A stretch of DNA of 64,000 nt, from contig MU056313.1 of assembly GCA_013239625.1 (NCBI GenBank), positions 384,114 to 448,113 on the forward strand, written 5' to 3'. Both the position numbers and the translations under genes were made by a program. Positions 9,827 to 22,240 of the stretch are shown piece by piece; position 1 is the stretch's first letter, and each line of letters begins with the position of its first letter. This stretch comes from Lama guanicoe (lineage: Eukaryota). Below the pieces are notes generated by a model that ran no database searches, was not told the DNA's origin, and was given only the letters and a program-made list of their open reading frames with translations.

Positions 9827-12323
9827 CTGACTCTGAATGAAGTATACAGTTTCTCCTCTGATTGGGGTGGGTAAGTACTGTTTCAGTGTTGGTGAACTGA
9901 GTGTTGCCCAGTGAATTTGAGGGGGAGCCCACAGCTGATCATGTTCCCTCATAGCTATGACGGCAGCATTTCTAGGTGATACAGGTCCTCACTCTTGTCA
10001 GTTACTATTCTCCAGCATTACATGCACTCTCCGTGATTACAAATATTTCCTCCCTCCATGCAAATGTCCCTAAATTTTGCAAAATACAGCCATACACAGC
10101 ATTCTTGACGTATTAATTGTACTGTTGATAAATGAAAGTGTTACTGCTCTCCATACATTTAAATTTTTCTCCCAATTTATAGGATGTATTGGCTAAAATA
10201 AGAATGAAGTTTACATGTATCTGTTACAAACTTCAGATATACTCTGAGCTGTTTTAAAATTTACGCTGTTTTCAAATTTGTATTCTGGACTCGTGTTGGC
10301 TACCGATTCTTCCCTCTAGCTCACATTAATTAGGCTACAGAGACGAATAAAGCAGCGAGTGAATCAGGACGACTAGCATCATGTGTAGTAGAATAGCAAA
10401 TCAGTAACTATCAGAATGAGTACAGAGTTATAAATTCCAACTGGATTGTAAAACAGCTGCAAAAGACCAACTAGAAACAAAAGTCTGAATTAAGATGGTT
10501 AAAAAATAGTTCAAGTATTTCCTATCTGGTTTCTGAACAAATGGGAATGAAATATTTATACGTCATGGGTAGCTTCATAATGCTGGCAGCAAAATCAATT
10601 GTTCTAGCAGGTGCTGGAAAAAATCTATGGCATCATAGGGTTCAGAACTTAGATTATAAATACAGTAATCAAATGAGCTTCAGAGAAATGTATAGCACAC
10701 GTGAACTGAAGTTTGTTATCACTCTTATGGGGTATTTACTTATTTATTATCTTATTTATTATTGATTCATTCATTTATTCATTTTTGCTCATGGGAAAGC
10801 TCAAATCAACATACACAGTAACCTTGTAAGGATTTCAAGTGAGGAGACAAAGGTATAGATATTTATGTATATTTTATAAATAGCCACACAGCTCTTCTTA
10901 CTCTAATATCTAGAAGTACATCCCTCACAGACTTAGGTTGGATTTTCTATCCTATGGGCTCTCTGTCAGTATTGTCACAGGTAGATAATAAATGATGGCT
11001 AAGTTGAATTAGGCTATCTCTTACTCACATCTCACTTTCTAGTAGACCACAGTCTATTTTCCGCAGTCATACTTTCCAGTAGATCTCATTAAAGAAATTG
11101 TTGTTCTGGAGCAGCTTAACATGTTTACCCACCTCCCCAGGCTCTTGTACAAGTGTGATGATACAAATTTTGTGTGTGTACTTTGTATGCACACATACAC
11201 AAAATTTCTGTGACACCTGAAGTTGGCACAAATTCAAGATAAATAACATCTTAACCATGTTTGAAAGCTTGACTTTTAAGTGCCCATCAGGTAACAGAAG
11301 ATTGATGTTATTATAGATGAAATTTTCATTACAGGAAAAATGCATGCTATTTGACAGACAATTCATTTTATGCTTTTCACACAGAGATTATATCCCAAGA
11401 TTCATGTTTCAAAGTCATCAAGAAAAATGAGGAATGCATTTTATATTTCTTACTGGAAATAATAATAGTGATTAGCTCATTTTTGAGAAAATGTGATAAA
11501 AATATTACTATCAAAACTCTTTAAAAGCACAAGATTTGCAGTGATGTTAAATATATGTTTTTCATATGAATGAGTATGGAAATACAGATTCATTTGATAG
11601 GTACAATTTAAAACTGGAGTGCTTTGATAGAACATTCAGACATCTGTATCCTCAAAATGATTCCCTTTATATGAATTTATTTTTATATGACTTTATGATA
11701 ACAAATAAATATCAATTCTTGACAAAGCAAATGATACAGCTCTTAAGGAATAAGTATCTTCAGTCATTATTAGCAATGATTGTATACATGCTTCAGAAGA
11801 GAAATCTTGTTGGTACAAAATTAAGTGTTTGATTTATATAACCTCATCAGAGATTATGAGGGTTAACCCCCACTTCAAGATTTTAGAAATAATATATAGA
11901 AAATAATTCAGAGTTTCCTTTGAAAGTAGCAGGGTAGTATTGACAGTTCTACGTAACAAACCACAGACCAAAAAATTCTTAAAGAAATACTTCAAAATGG
12001 AAGTGAAGTTTCTTAAGTGCAGTTTCATAAAGGGGACATTTTCCTAAAAAGCCTTTTTGACCAGATTAAGAATCTCCTTCATTTACTCTGGTGAATACTT
12101 TTCAGTAAAATGAGAGAGATTTTATTTTATTTTAAAAAAATTAAATCATTTGCATGATTGAGTTTTGATTTTCACAGTGCTACTTGTGGATTTGGGGTTA
12201 TATATATGTATGTGTATACATATTTTTTTGACTTACTCGAAAGCCAATAGAGTATTTTACCATTCAGGTTCATTAAAAACTGGGTTAATTTCTAAAAATT
12301 AGGACTGCAGGTATGTTCTGCAG

Positions 12324-12355
12324 TGTGTGTGTGAGTATGTGTGTGTGTATGTGTG
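12324..12355. repeat. Imperfect (TG)n microsatellite
   Basis: gtgtgtgtgtgagtatgtgtgtgtgtatgtgtg. Confidence 0.9.
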
Positions 12356-12924
12356 ACTGCTTCTCCTGGCATATCAGCATCATTCTTCCAAATCAGCTTT
12401 CTCTGTGTCTGGAAACAGAAGATGACAGTTCCTACAGCAGGTGTTTCATAATTTGTCCAGAGGGGACTGAATCTCTATCCTACTGGTGTTTGAGACAATT
12501 CATGAGAGGACTTGATTGTCCTGACTTGGCTAATAGCCTTTTTGACTGCTGCTCTGTGTTCTGGACTAGGGGCCTGCCTTGACTCAGATTCTCCACCCTC
12601 ACTCTGGATCGATCAGTGTTGGTAGAGAGAGACAGGGCTATATTTTAAGAGTGCCAATAAAGAAATGGTGTGCTGGAAGACCAAATACAAATAATAATAA
12701 AAATAGATTTCATATAAGTTATACATACTATGAGAATGTTAACCTTTGTATAATGCATTTGTTATAAATTTTGCCACAGTTCTTCTGCTTTTTATATGGC
12801 AATGTAATATGCAATAATTTTACATTGTGTATAGTTTATACATTTTTTCTTTGAAACTATAATTTTAGAAGATTTCCTCTCCAAGAGAGAGAGAAAAAAT
12901 ATACTTTTCTCTTACTTGTTTTTT

Positions 12925-13560
12925 TAATTTAATATTGGAATTGACTTCAGTATAAGGTATGGGATCATGAGCTAACTATCATTTTATATTCTCTAATCAT
13001 TAACCAATATCCTAACACTATGAATGGGCAGTTATTCTGGTTTTACTGATTTGAAATGTTGTTTTGTTATTCCAGTAAATACTTACACCTCAGGCTATTT
13101 CTATATTTTCTCATCTCTTCCATTTATATATTTATCATTGTGCCATTTCAAATTTGTTTAATTTCTAAAAGTTGTAATAATTTAAATATCTTAGTTTTAT
13201 TTTGTAACATTGTTGCTATCATGTATTCATTCACCAGATGAATTTAGAATTATTTTGTCATGCTCTAAAATACTCTTGTTGAAATTTTTATTGGAATTTA
13301 AGCATACATATTTGCAAGTTGTTGTATAGCAAATCAGAGTTAATATAATTGAGTTTCTAATCAATAATGCAATAGGCAAATCCTTTCATTCAAATTTTTT
13401 TTATGATGTTTAGTCAAAAGTAGTATGTTTGGCTCCACTTTTATATCTTATGCCTTTCATTTTCTTGTCTATTTTATTTTCTGTATTTTATTTATATTTC
13501 ATTGCTTTTTACATTTTGTTTTATTGATAATGTTTTGTCTCTTTTCTGTCTAGTAATTTG
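12925..13560 (-). mobile_element. Ancient L1ME ORF2 fragment
   Basis: ggaattgacttcagtataaggtatg, tattcattcaccagatgaatttagaattattttgtc and gttgaaatttttattggaatt are antisense L1 ORF2 motifs. Confidence 0.7.
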
Positions 13561-13604
13561 AAAAGTACATAGCCCAATGCAATTTTGAAAATTTAAAAAT
13601 ACTT

Positions 13605-13825
13605 TAAAAATAATATACCTTTTTGAGAACAGTTTTAGATTCACAGCTAAATTGAGTGGAAAGTACAGCGAGTTTCCACATATCCCCTGTCCCCACATGT
13701 ATGACCTCCTGCACCACAGTGGTGCATTTGTTACAGTGGGTCAGCATCCATTAACACGTCATTGTCACCTGAAGTGACTAAAGATCATTCTTGGTGTTGT
13801 AAATTCTATGGGTTTTGACAAACAT
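13605..13825 (-). mobile_element. L1MC1-type 3' terminus (non-inverted part)
   Basis: gaacagttttagattcacagctaaattgagtggaaagtacagcgagtttccacatatcccctg…cttggtgttgtaaattctatgggttttgacaaa. Confidence 0.9.
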
Positions 13826-13831
13826 TTCATG

Positions 13832-14130
13832 ACAATGAAATATTATTCAGATAGAAATGATCTACCAAGTCATGAAAAGACATAGAGGAAACTTAAATGG
13901 ACATCGCTAAGTGCAAGTAGACAATCTGCAAAGGCTACATACTGTATGATCCCACTTATACAGCATTTTGGAAGAGGCAAAACAATGGAGACAGTAAAAA
14001 GGTCAGTGGTTGCTAGGGGTTGGCATGATGAAGAGAGATGAACAAGCAGAGCACAGAGGAGTTTTAGAGCAATGAGTCTCTGTATGATAACAGTGGTGGA
14101 TACATGGCATTACACATTTGTCACAACCTG
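13832..14130 (+). mobile_element. L1MC1-type upstream 3' UTR segment (inverted part)
   Basis: catgaaaagacatagaggaaacttaaatg…ggctacatactgtatgat…ggagacagtaaaaaggtcagtggttgctagggg…ggtggatacatggcattacacatttgtc. Confidence 0.9.
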
Positions 14131-16139
14131 TGTTAATTTGTAATTACATTTTTGTTTTAAAAACCACTTGAAAGTTTTCTGCAATCATTGCTGTCATGAA
14201 TGTAGCTAGTAGGCTCCCAGCAGATGTAATTTAACTCAGCTATTGTGTGATTTCTTTCAGTAGCTCCAAGGCGGACTCAGTAGCTATTCCCCCAACAGCA
14301 GACAAATCTCATCCCTAACAAGGGAATCTGTTCTCAGCAGTGAATCAGGGCACAAGGGTCTAATCAGCTCAAATGGGTCTTCTTTCTTTTTCTACAAATG
14401 GCTCAGTTTTTAAAGACTTTGTGAGGCAGTCAAGGCTGTGTTAACACTGACATCCAAAATATTCTCTTGCTGCTTATTTCATGAAGAAATTTTGAGACTT
14501 AATTGCCCTAATAAAATCATAGAATGGTCTGTACGACTGATTCATTATATAAAACATCAATTTTTAACTCTGTCCCTCTTCCCCTGGTCTATCTTATCTG
14601 CAGTACTCATCACACATTATTTTAAGGACCATCATTCTTCATGGCAGTTTACCACCACTTCTCTGCACTGTGCATCTAATAGTCTGGTGGGCATGGGGGG
14701 CGTACACTGTGCATTGAGTGTCAAGATAAAAATTCATACTAAAGTGTAACAGGGAATTATAGCTGTGGTCAAAGATCTCTTAAGAGGATCCCAGTGTGTA
14801 ATCCAGGTTTCAGTGACAGGACTCTGCCCCTTAAATATTTGATATTCACAATCCAAATCTCTGATTTCAGAGCTTGCTTTATCAAGTTTTCCTCTTCTAT
14901 TTGATTCTGCAATCACACAGATCGTCTATTTCCACTTTAGAGCCAACAGGAATGCAAAATTGTCCTCTGTCATTGGGCTTCTTTATTAGGCATAACAATA
15001 GTTTCGTTATTTTTTTCTGAAGATTTAGGGGTTTCGGGGGAAGAGAGTCAAGTCTACCCACACATGGCCTTTGGGGCAACTTATAAAATTTCTCTTACTT
15101 TTGCCCTTGGTCTGGGAGCCTGATCCCACTTGCCCATCATCCTTAACATCTCATGCTCTTTATATGGTACCTGCCTCTCAGTGCACAGCCCAAGAGGAAG
15201 GTGACTTCATGCCTTCTTCCAGGGGCTGCTTTTGTGGGAGATTAATCCTGTCAGTTTTGCCTATTTTTCAGAGTCCTTCAAGGAATTATAGTGAATTCTT
15301 GGGTAAATGTTTTCCATTTCATATAAAAGCAATCAACTTTGAAAAAATTTTAATTCTTCTCACTTGTGAAACCAAATATTTCAGTATAGATCCATTTCAT
15401 AGTTGCAGAATCTGTTGCAGTGGCACTTATAACTTGGAAATGCGTGTACTAAAACTTTTGCTATCAGCAGCTTAACGTATGTTTTTGCTCCTGGAAATCA
15501 AGATTGAAGAGCTAATATTTTATATCTTGGGTGGAAATCTGTTTATATTAGCCATTGAACGATATGTCAGATAAAGCATACAAGCTTTCATTTGACACAG
15601 TTTTAAAGCACTCATGTCATGCATCATTTTTGTGTTTTTTAAAGCTTTTATTATACATTAAAGTCATAGTTGATTTAACAAGTAGTTGTCTGTCTAATAT
15701 AAGATTTAAAATATACTGTGAAAATCAGAATAAAATATATTTAGGAGTACATTTTAATAAAACATATTGAATCAAATTTCATGGTGACTGTACAGTGTAT
15801 CCTTTGGCCCATTTCTAGAACAGATTTATATATAGACGGCAGTTGTCAGAAGACAAGAGTTATGATTGTACTCTAAAATTTACTTTACTACAAACATAAA
15901 CCCTAGAAAACTTTTATAACATATTTTCCCCAATTGGTTTTCAGTATGAACTGTGCATTTTGAAAATACCATGACTATTTTAAAGTTAATAAAGGAGTGA
16001 AAAGAAAGATTTACATCTCCCAATTGTGGCTTGTCATATAGATCCTCCACATTTGTAAATGGACTCTGGTACTTAAGAATGTGAATTTTACCTAATTATC
16101 TTTTTTGTTGTTATCAACATTTTGTATTATATTTTATCT

Positions 16140-17595
16140 TTCATTTAGATATTCTTCTTAGTGAGCACCTACTATGTGTCAGGCTCTGTTCTAGGTGCTG
16201 GGACTTAACAAGACCAGAACAAGATCCTGTCCTCCTGGAGTTCACTTTCTAGTGCAAAAGGCAGATAATAAACATGAAACAAAGTAACACAGGGCATATT
16301 GGTGTTAAGTACATGGGGAAAAAATAAAGCATGCAAAGGGAAACAGAAGGGAGCCTAGCTTGGCTTGGATGAGGAGACTGATGTTATTTTTATATTGAGT
16401 TGTCAAGATTTTATATAAAGTTGTTACTGTGATGGAATGATATTAAACATAAAGTAAATAAGGAAATAAACTAATTAGATTATATGGGAGAGGCATATAC
16501 CCAAAAGGCCTTGGGCAGAACTCTGCTTGCCATTTTTAGGACCAGTAAAGGAGTCATTATGGCTGGAGCAGAGTGAGTGGAGTGGGATGAGAGGACCTAA
16601 GAGTAGAACTGAGGAGGGGGCACATGCAGTCAGGGTGCATGCCATGGTGTCGGTGGTAAGGACATTGGCTTACCCTGAGTGACATGGAAAAAAAATGGAA
16701 AGTTTCCAAATACAAGAGTAGTATCTTTTCTATTATTTAAAATAATCACTCTGACTATTGTGCAGGACACAAAGCTGAAGCAAGGAAAGCAGAATGGATG
16801 TTGCGATAATCCAGGATAAAATGGTGTTAGCATAGCCCACAGTAGTAATGATGAAAGTGAGGAAATGGTCAGATTCTGGATTTATGGAAGTATGACTGCC
16901 ATAGTTAGCTGATGGTTTGGCTATGGCTGTGAGAGTGAAAAATAGCCCATTTTTATTTAGACAGCTGAAAGAATGAACTTGCTATTAACTGGTGTAGGGA
17001 AGACTGTAAGCAGAGCAAGTCTGAAGATGTAAATCAAAAGTTTGTTTTCAGACATGAAGACTTTGAGATGTCTCTTAGATTCCAAATGGAGATGTACAGA
17101 TAAATCTAGAATCCAGGAGTGAAGTCTGGGGCATAGATGTAATTTTTGGAATCATAAGTATGCAGTTGTTATTTAATGTCTTGAATCATGTTGAGTTCAT
17201 TTAGACTCTAAAGTGAGTACAGATAGAGATTACTAAGAACTAACTTCTAGGGAACTTCAACATTTAGAACTGGATAAACCAGGTAAGGATACTGAGAATA
17301 CACAGCCAGTGAGGCAGATAGAAGAATAAAGATGGGACGCTTTTCAGAAGGCTCATGAGTGAGTGCTTTGAGGAGGTGAAAGTGATCAACTTTATCAGTT
17401 GCCTTAAGAGGTTAAGGAAGATGATGACTGAGAGCTGGTCATTAGCTTTTGTAAACCAGAGGTCAGTGATGACTATAAAAAGAAGTTATTTGGTGGAGTG
17501 ATTGAAGGAAAATATGATTAGATACTGATGAAGAGAGAATAGAGAGGAGTAAGAGATTTGGGGTATAGGCAGAAATTTTGCTATAGAAGGGGACC
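16140..17595 (-). mobile_element. L2a LINE, about 1.4 kb
   Basis: Starts with the antisense L2 tail gagcacctactatgtgtcaggctctgttctaggtgctggg and continues with aataatcactctgactattgtg, ggtcagattctgga, gttttcagacatg…tttgagatgtct and ggttaaggaagatgatgactgag. Confidence 0.92.
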
Positions 17596-17879
17596 GAGGC
17601 AAGAGGTGAGAGTGCACAAGGAGGAGCTCAGAAATTTGGATTTGAATGATTGAGAGCAAACAATATTTTAAGTGAGGTTTTTAAATTTTCTAAGTAAAGG
17701 AACGTAAGTTAATATAAAATATTGGCCCCCAGCAGAATTATAGCCAAGTAGTCTTTAGGTAATGTGAACTCTTTGTGTATTTTCAAAGATTGAATTGAAA
17801 AAAGATTATTTCAGATAAAGAACAGTAGATAGAAGGTAGGAGAAGTATATTCAATTTCAAGTTATATCATTTCTTTTCC

Positions 17880-18033
17880 TTTTGTAGTATAAGCTCTATG
17901 AGGGTAGACATCCTGCCTGTTTTGTTTATTGTTGTCTCCCTAGTGCTGAGACCTGCACTGGGCCTGTCGTGGATAGGTGCTCATTATTTATTTAGAGTGT
18001 GTGAACAAGTGGTTGAGTGAATGAATGAATGAG
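17880..18033 (+). mobile_element. L2 3' end
   Basis: taagctctatgagggtagac…ttgtttattgttgtctccctagtgct…taggtgctca…(tgaa)n tail. Confidence 0.85.
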
Positions 18034-18216
18034 TTTGATTCTCCCTGGGTGAGAAATGGAAAATTAAAAAAAAAATCCATGTGATGGAGAACATTTTAGA
18101 AGGTAGTCATATGATGAGTTTATCTTATCTCAAAATACTGAGTTAAGGAAATACCTGCTTTCCCTATGGGAGGAGCATGGCCTGAGTATCAGGGACTGAG
18201 TTCTGGGACAACAAGT

Positions 18217-18380
18217 TGTAGTGGAAGAACACTGGACTTAGATGCCAACGTTAATCACTCCAAGAACTATAGAAACTTGGCAAGTTTGTGAAAATTGTCT
18301 ACTGCTTTTCCTACTCTGTAAAATAAAGGGTTGGATCAAATCATTTGTAAGATCTTACCTAGTTCTGTATTTCCATATTT
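18217..18380 (+). mobile_element. MIR3/MIRc SINE
   Basis: gtagtggaagaacactggactta…ctgtaaaataaagggttggatcaaatcatttgtaagatcttacctagttct. Confidence 0.75.
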
Positions 18381-19519
18381 TATAATTTTATTCTTCACTT
18401 GGTGCTCTGTACCTATCATTTGAGTTTGTGTCAGTCATTTAACAAACACCAGGGATGCAAAGTTGTAATCTTTGAAAAAACCAAAGTGGCAAAATCTCTT
18501 TGATTTTCTCCTTCTAAAATGCTATGGTGTCTCTTTCAAAAGCACAGAAGAAGTAACAGAAACATGCAACAGCCTTTATACCTTTCATTGAGATATGGTG
18601 ATGCGACACCTACTGTGCATCTTTGACTTCTTGCCCCACGGCAGGAGATGTATTATCAATCAAACTCAGTCACTTTGGGTAAATCTTACTTTAGGAAAAC
18701 TTCAACCACTCTTCCCAGTAGTAAACCAAGTCCCTAGGACCTTATCTGTTGTTCTGGTAACAAGGAAGTAGATTAGATCTTTGAGGCCTTCTGTTGTTTC
18801 TCATCCTAATTTTGTGGTGCTGGCTTTTCTAACTATGAAGGCTGAGGTGTGGCTGGTCCAACCTGACCTTTAAGTTGTGCTCGTCTTTGCTGCAAGGGAC
18901 TCTGGCCCTTGCCATTCCCATGTGCCTCTCTCTCCTCTGCTGACCCCAGGCTTTTCCAGGTCATCTCAGCACTTCCAGTCCCTTGAGAGGGGATGAACAT
19001 TCCTGTATACAGAGGGCTGGTTTCTGTGAGGCTGCACACAGGCCAATCTCCAAGGAATCTTCTTGAACGCTTGATTTTCTGCACCTTTTTGGTAAACCTG
19101 TTGGATATAAAGCTCTTTTGAAAATCTGACTTCTCTGAAAGTCTTTGGTCTTCTAAGTATTCACCTTTGGAAATGAGGAAATAGTCACATGTTTCTTGAA
19201 CTTCTTGAACCCCGCCTGAGTATTTTTGCCACCTTCCTCTCTCAGGACTTTGAGTTCAAGGGAATGGGGTAGTTAGGAAATTTGCACCTGATTTCTTGCT
19301 GTCCAGGCTTTTCCCTGCCAGTTCCTTTTCCAATCCCAGGAGGTATCTTACCTTTCTCTCTCTCTGTTAGCAACCATTCTAAAGTTTACCCTTATCATTC
19401 TACTCTATTGTTAAAGCCTCTTATTTCCTTTTTTATTTTATGCTTAATATCATCCTATCAGGGTGACAACTTAATATAAAATCTTGACAACTCAATATAA
19501 AATAACATCAGTCTCCACC

Positions 19520-20145
19520 ATCCAAGCCACCCCAGGCTCCCTTCTGTTTCCCTGTGCATGCTTTATTTCCCACAAGTACCTGACACCATCTAATACACCT
19601 TATGTTACTTTGAAAACAGAAATCTGTTGCTACTACTTTCTGTAATCTTTTCAAAGACTTTTTACTCTCATGAGTGTTAAATTCCTTTCATGATTGGAAT
19701 TCTCCTTACTCTCCAGCCTTATTTCATGTTAAGTTGCACCACTGTCCCTTCTCCTTAATTCTGTGGCACATTTTGTTTCTGTCGGTTATTCAAATGTCTG
19801 GTCTTTTTCACCTTCCTTCTTTCTACCTGGAACATACTTCTCTTACTGTTTATCTGACTACCATCTTCTTACTTTTCATGTTTTTGCGTAGTGATTTCTT
19901 CCTTAAGAGAGAATTTTCAGATCCCACGAGGCTCAATTAAATGCTGTTTCTATGTGATTCCTTTATTTAACTTACTTATGAACTTATGGCAATATTATGA
20001 TTAAATATATAATTTCATATACATCATATTTTTTCCTGACTATACATTTTTTGAAAGCAGTGACTAATGATCATCTCCCTTTAAGTAACATCATGATAGG
20101 GTCATAGTAACTGGATGAAAAAGGTATTCATTGAATGAATAAATA
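19520..20145 (+). mobile_element. L2 fragments
   Basis: ttccttctttctacctggaacatacttc, and a 3' tail ending in ttcattgaatgaataaat. Confidence 0.6.
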
Positions 20146-21099
20146 AAAGTCCCCATAATAAAACAGAGATCATGAAAATGTGCTTTATCATTATACCATT
20201 ATATTAAGAGTATATATGATTGTAATAAATCTTATTGTCATCCCTTATCGAATTGTATACTGTTTACTCTAAAAAACTTGTTTTATGTCAAAACTATTCG
20301 TATATTATTCAGTGAAGTTTTGAAAGCCATCCCATTCTATGCTCTCCCTTACATTTATATTATTTGGCCTTATTGATATGGAGAATCTGATATGAATCAA
20401 ATTAATGTTTATAAAACTATTTTAGTTACATAATTTTATTCTTAAAGTATCTGTATAATTTCACTACTTAATTAGAAAAAATTACTCAATTTTTATGATG
20501 AAACAAAATCAAGTTTTGAAAACACCTTCATCTCAATATTTATTTAGGAAACAGTAGGCTCAGTTTTATTTTTAAATAGTTGATATATAGCCAGTAGCGT
20601 TTGGGGAGTTTTGGTGACATTTATCTGAATGCCTCTTAGTGACCTGGGGGTCATAAAGAGCAGACTTTGGATAGAGAGAACATTCCAGGTAACCAGTTCT
20701 TCACTTTATATAATAAAGTAAGAGTTGAAGAATGAGAGTATGCTCTACCTCCACGTGGGAGAGTACATGACTTCTCCCCCTAGGCAAAAGCCTGTGTAAA
20801 GTTCTTTTCAGTAAAGGGCAAGGATGACTTCAGTGGAGTCATTTTCTGAAAGGCCAGGAAATAGCTACTCATTTTCCCCTACCATCTTGCTGTAGTTACT
20901 CTGTATTTGAAAAGGTGAAATACAAGTTGACGTGTTTATGTGAGGGCCATGCCGAAGTGCTTCTGGCCTGATTGCTCTCCCGCTTTGCTGCCCTTCCGAG
21001 CCGTTTTCTCCAGTGCTTGCTCACAACCTCACTACTCCGTTTCTCAGAGACATCTGAATGAACTGGGACTCTTAATTAAAAAATTTTTTTTACATTTTA

Positions 21100-21178
21100 T
21101 TTTCATTTTTTACCAGCTTTATTGAGGTATACTTGACAAGTAAAAATTATGTATGTACTTAAGGTGGACAATGTGATA
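21100..21178 (-). mobile_element. L1MA9/10-type 3' terminus
   Basis: cagctttattgaggtatacttgacaagtaaaaattatgtatgtacttaaggtggacaatgtgat. Confidence 0.8.
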
Positions 21179-21204
21179 AAATTTATTTATTAAAATTTAT
21201 TTTC

Positions 21205-21428
21205 TGTTTTTTTAAATTGAACTTAGTTTAAAATGTTGTCTTAAATTCTGGTGTGCAACATGGTGATTTGGTTGTACATATATACATATTCCTTTTCATT
21301 ACAGCCTATTACAAGGTATTGAATATAGTTCCCTGTGCTGTACAGTAGGACTTTGCTGTTTAACTATTTTATATATAGTGCTTAATAACTGCAAATTCTG
21401 AACTCCCAATTTACCCCTCCACCCTCTT
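21205..21428 (-). mobile_element. Cetartiodactyl-type (camelid-like) L1 3' end, 5'-truncated
   Basis: tattacaaggtattgaatatagttccctgtgctgtacagtaggac…tattttatatatagt…ctgcaaattctgaactcccaattt. Confidence 0.85.
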
Positions 21429-21979
21429 TTTTGTTTTTAGATCCCTATTTTTTGTTTTTTGATCCTATTTTTGCCTCTTAACAATTATATCAGCTGCTAA
21501 GAAGTTTTGTTTTCCTTAAAAAGGAAAAAAAAGAAATTTAAGACCTTGTTATGACGTTTTAGTTATCTCTTTTTTCTTTTTTTATCTAATTTATTTCTCT
21601 ATTAGATTAAAACCATTTGATATTGAGAAAAACAGTTTCATATCTCCAAGACTTTCCTTCAAAATGGGAGAAGAAAATGATCTAACTCCTTATTTTGTCA
21701 TTATATTTTTTAAACCCATTTAATACAGGATTATGTCATTTCTGAAGTTTCTGTGGTGCCTTGTATAGTACATTACACATTGTAGGTTCTATTTCCTAAT
21801 TATAAATAATTTTTTCTTGAATTAATAGAAACAGAATATTAGAGACAAGTTGCCCAGTTTAAATTGTAGAATGATCTTTCCTTAGAATCTATAAAATTTA
21901 GGTTTTAAAACGGTTATTAACAAATCAACTCTAAAACGTCAACGGTTTACTAGTAGACATTTTTTTGATGCACACACAA

Positions 21980-22240
21980 CGTTCCATTGTGGGTGTTCAT
22001 ATCATTGAGCAGTTATCCTACTTGCGGTGATTCTGGAACCCAGATTCCTTCCTTTTTTGCAGCTTTGCTATTTCCTAGGACCTCCAAAATCTCTAAATTT
22101 ACCTAGCAGCAGATTAGAAAGTATGGGGAAGGCACAACCACTTTTTTAAATGCCTGGGTACAGAAAGGAAGCTCCTAATTACTAGTAATATTGACTGGAA
22201 CTAATCTCATGGCCATGCCTAGATGCAAAGAGAGGGACAC
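21980..22240 (-). mobile_element. MLT1J/K-like MaLR LTR fragment
   Basis: ggtgattctggaacccagattccttcc…attgactggaactaatctcatggccatgcctagatgcaaag. Confidence 0.7.

Noticed and set aside
18833-19084. GC-richer stretch with an 83-aa minus-strand ORF
   Set aside because: No recognisable homology, splice context or CpG enrichment.
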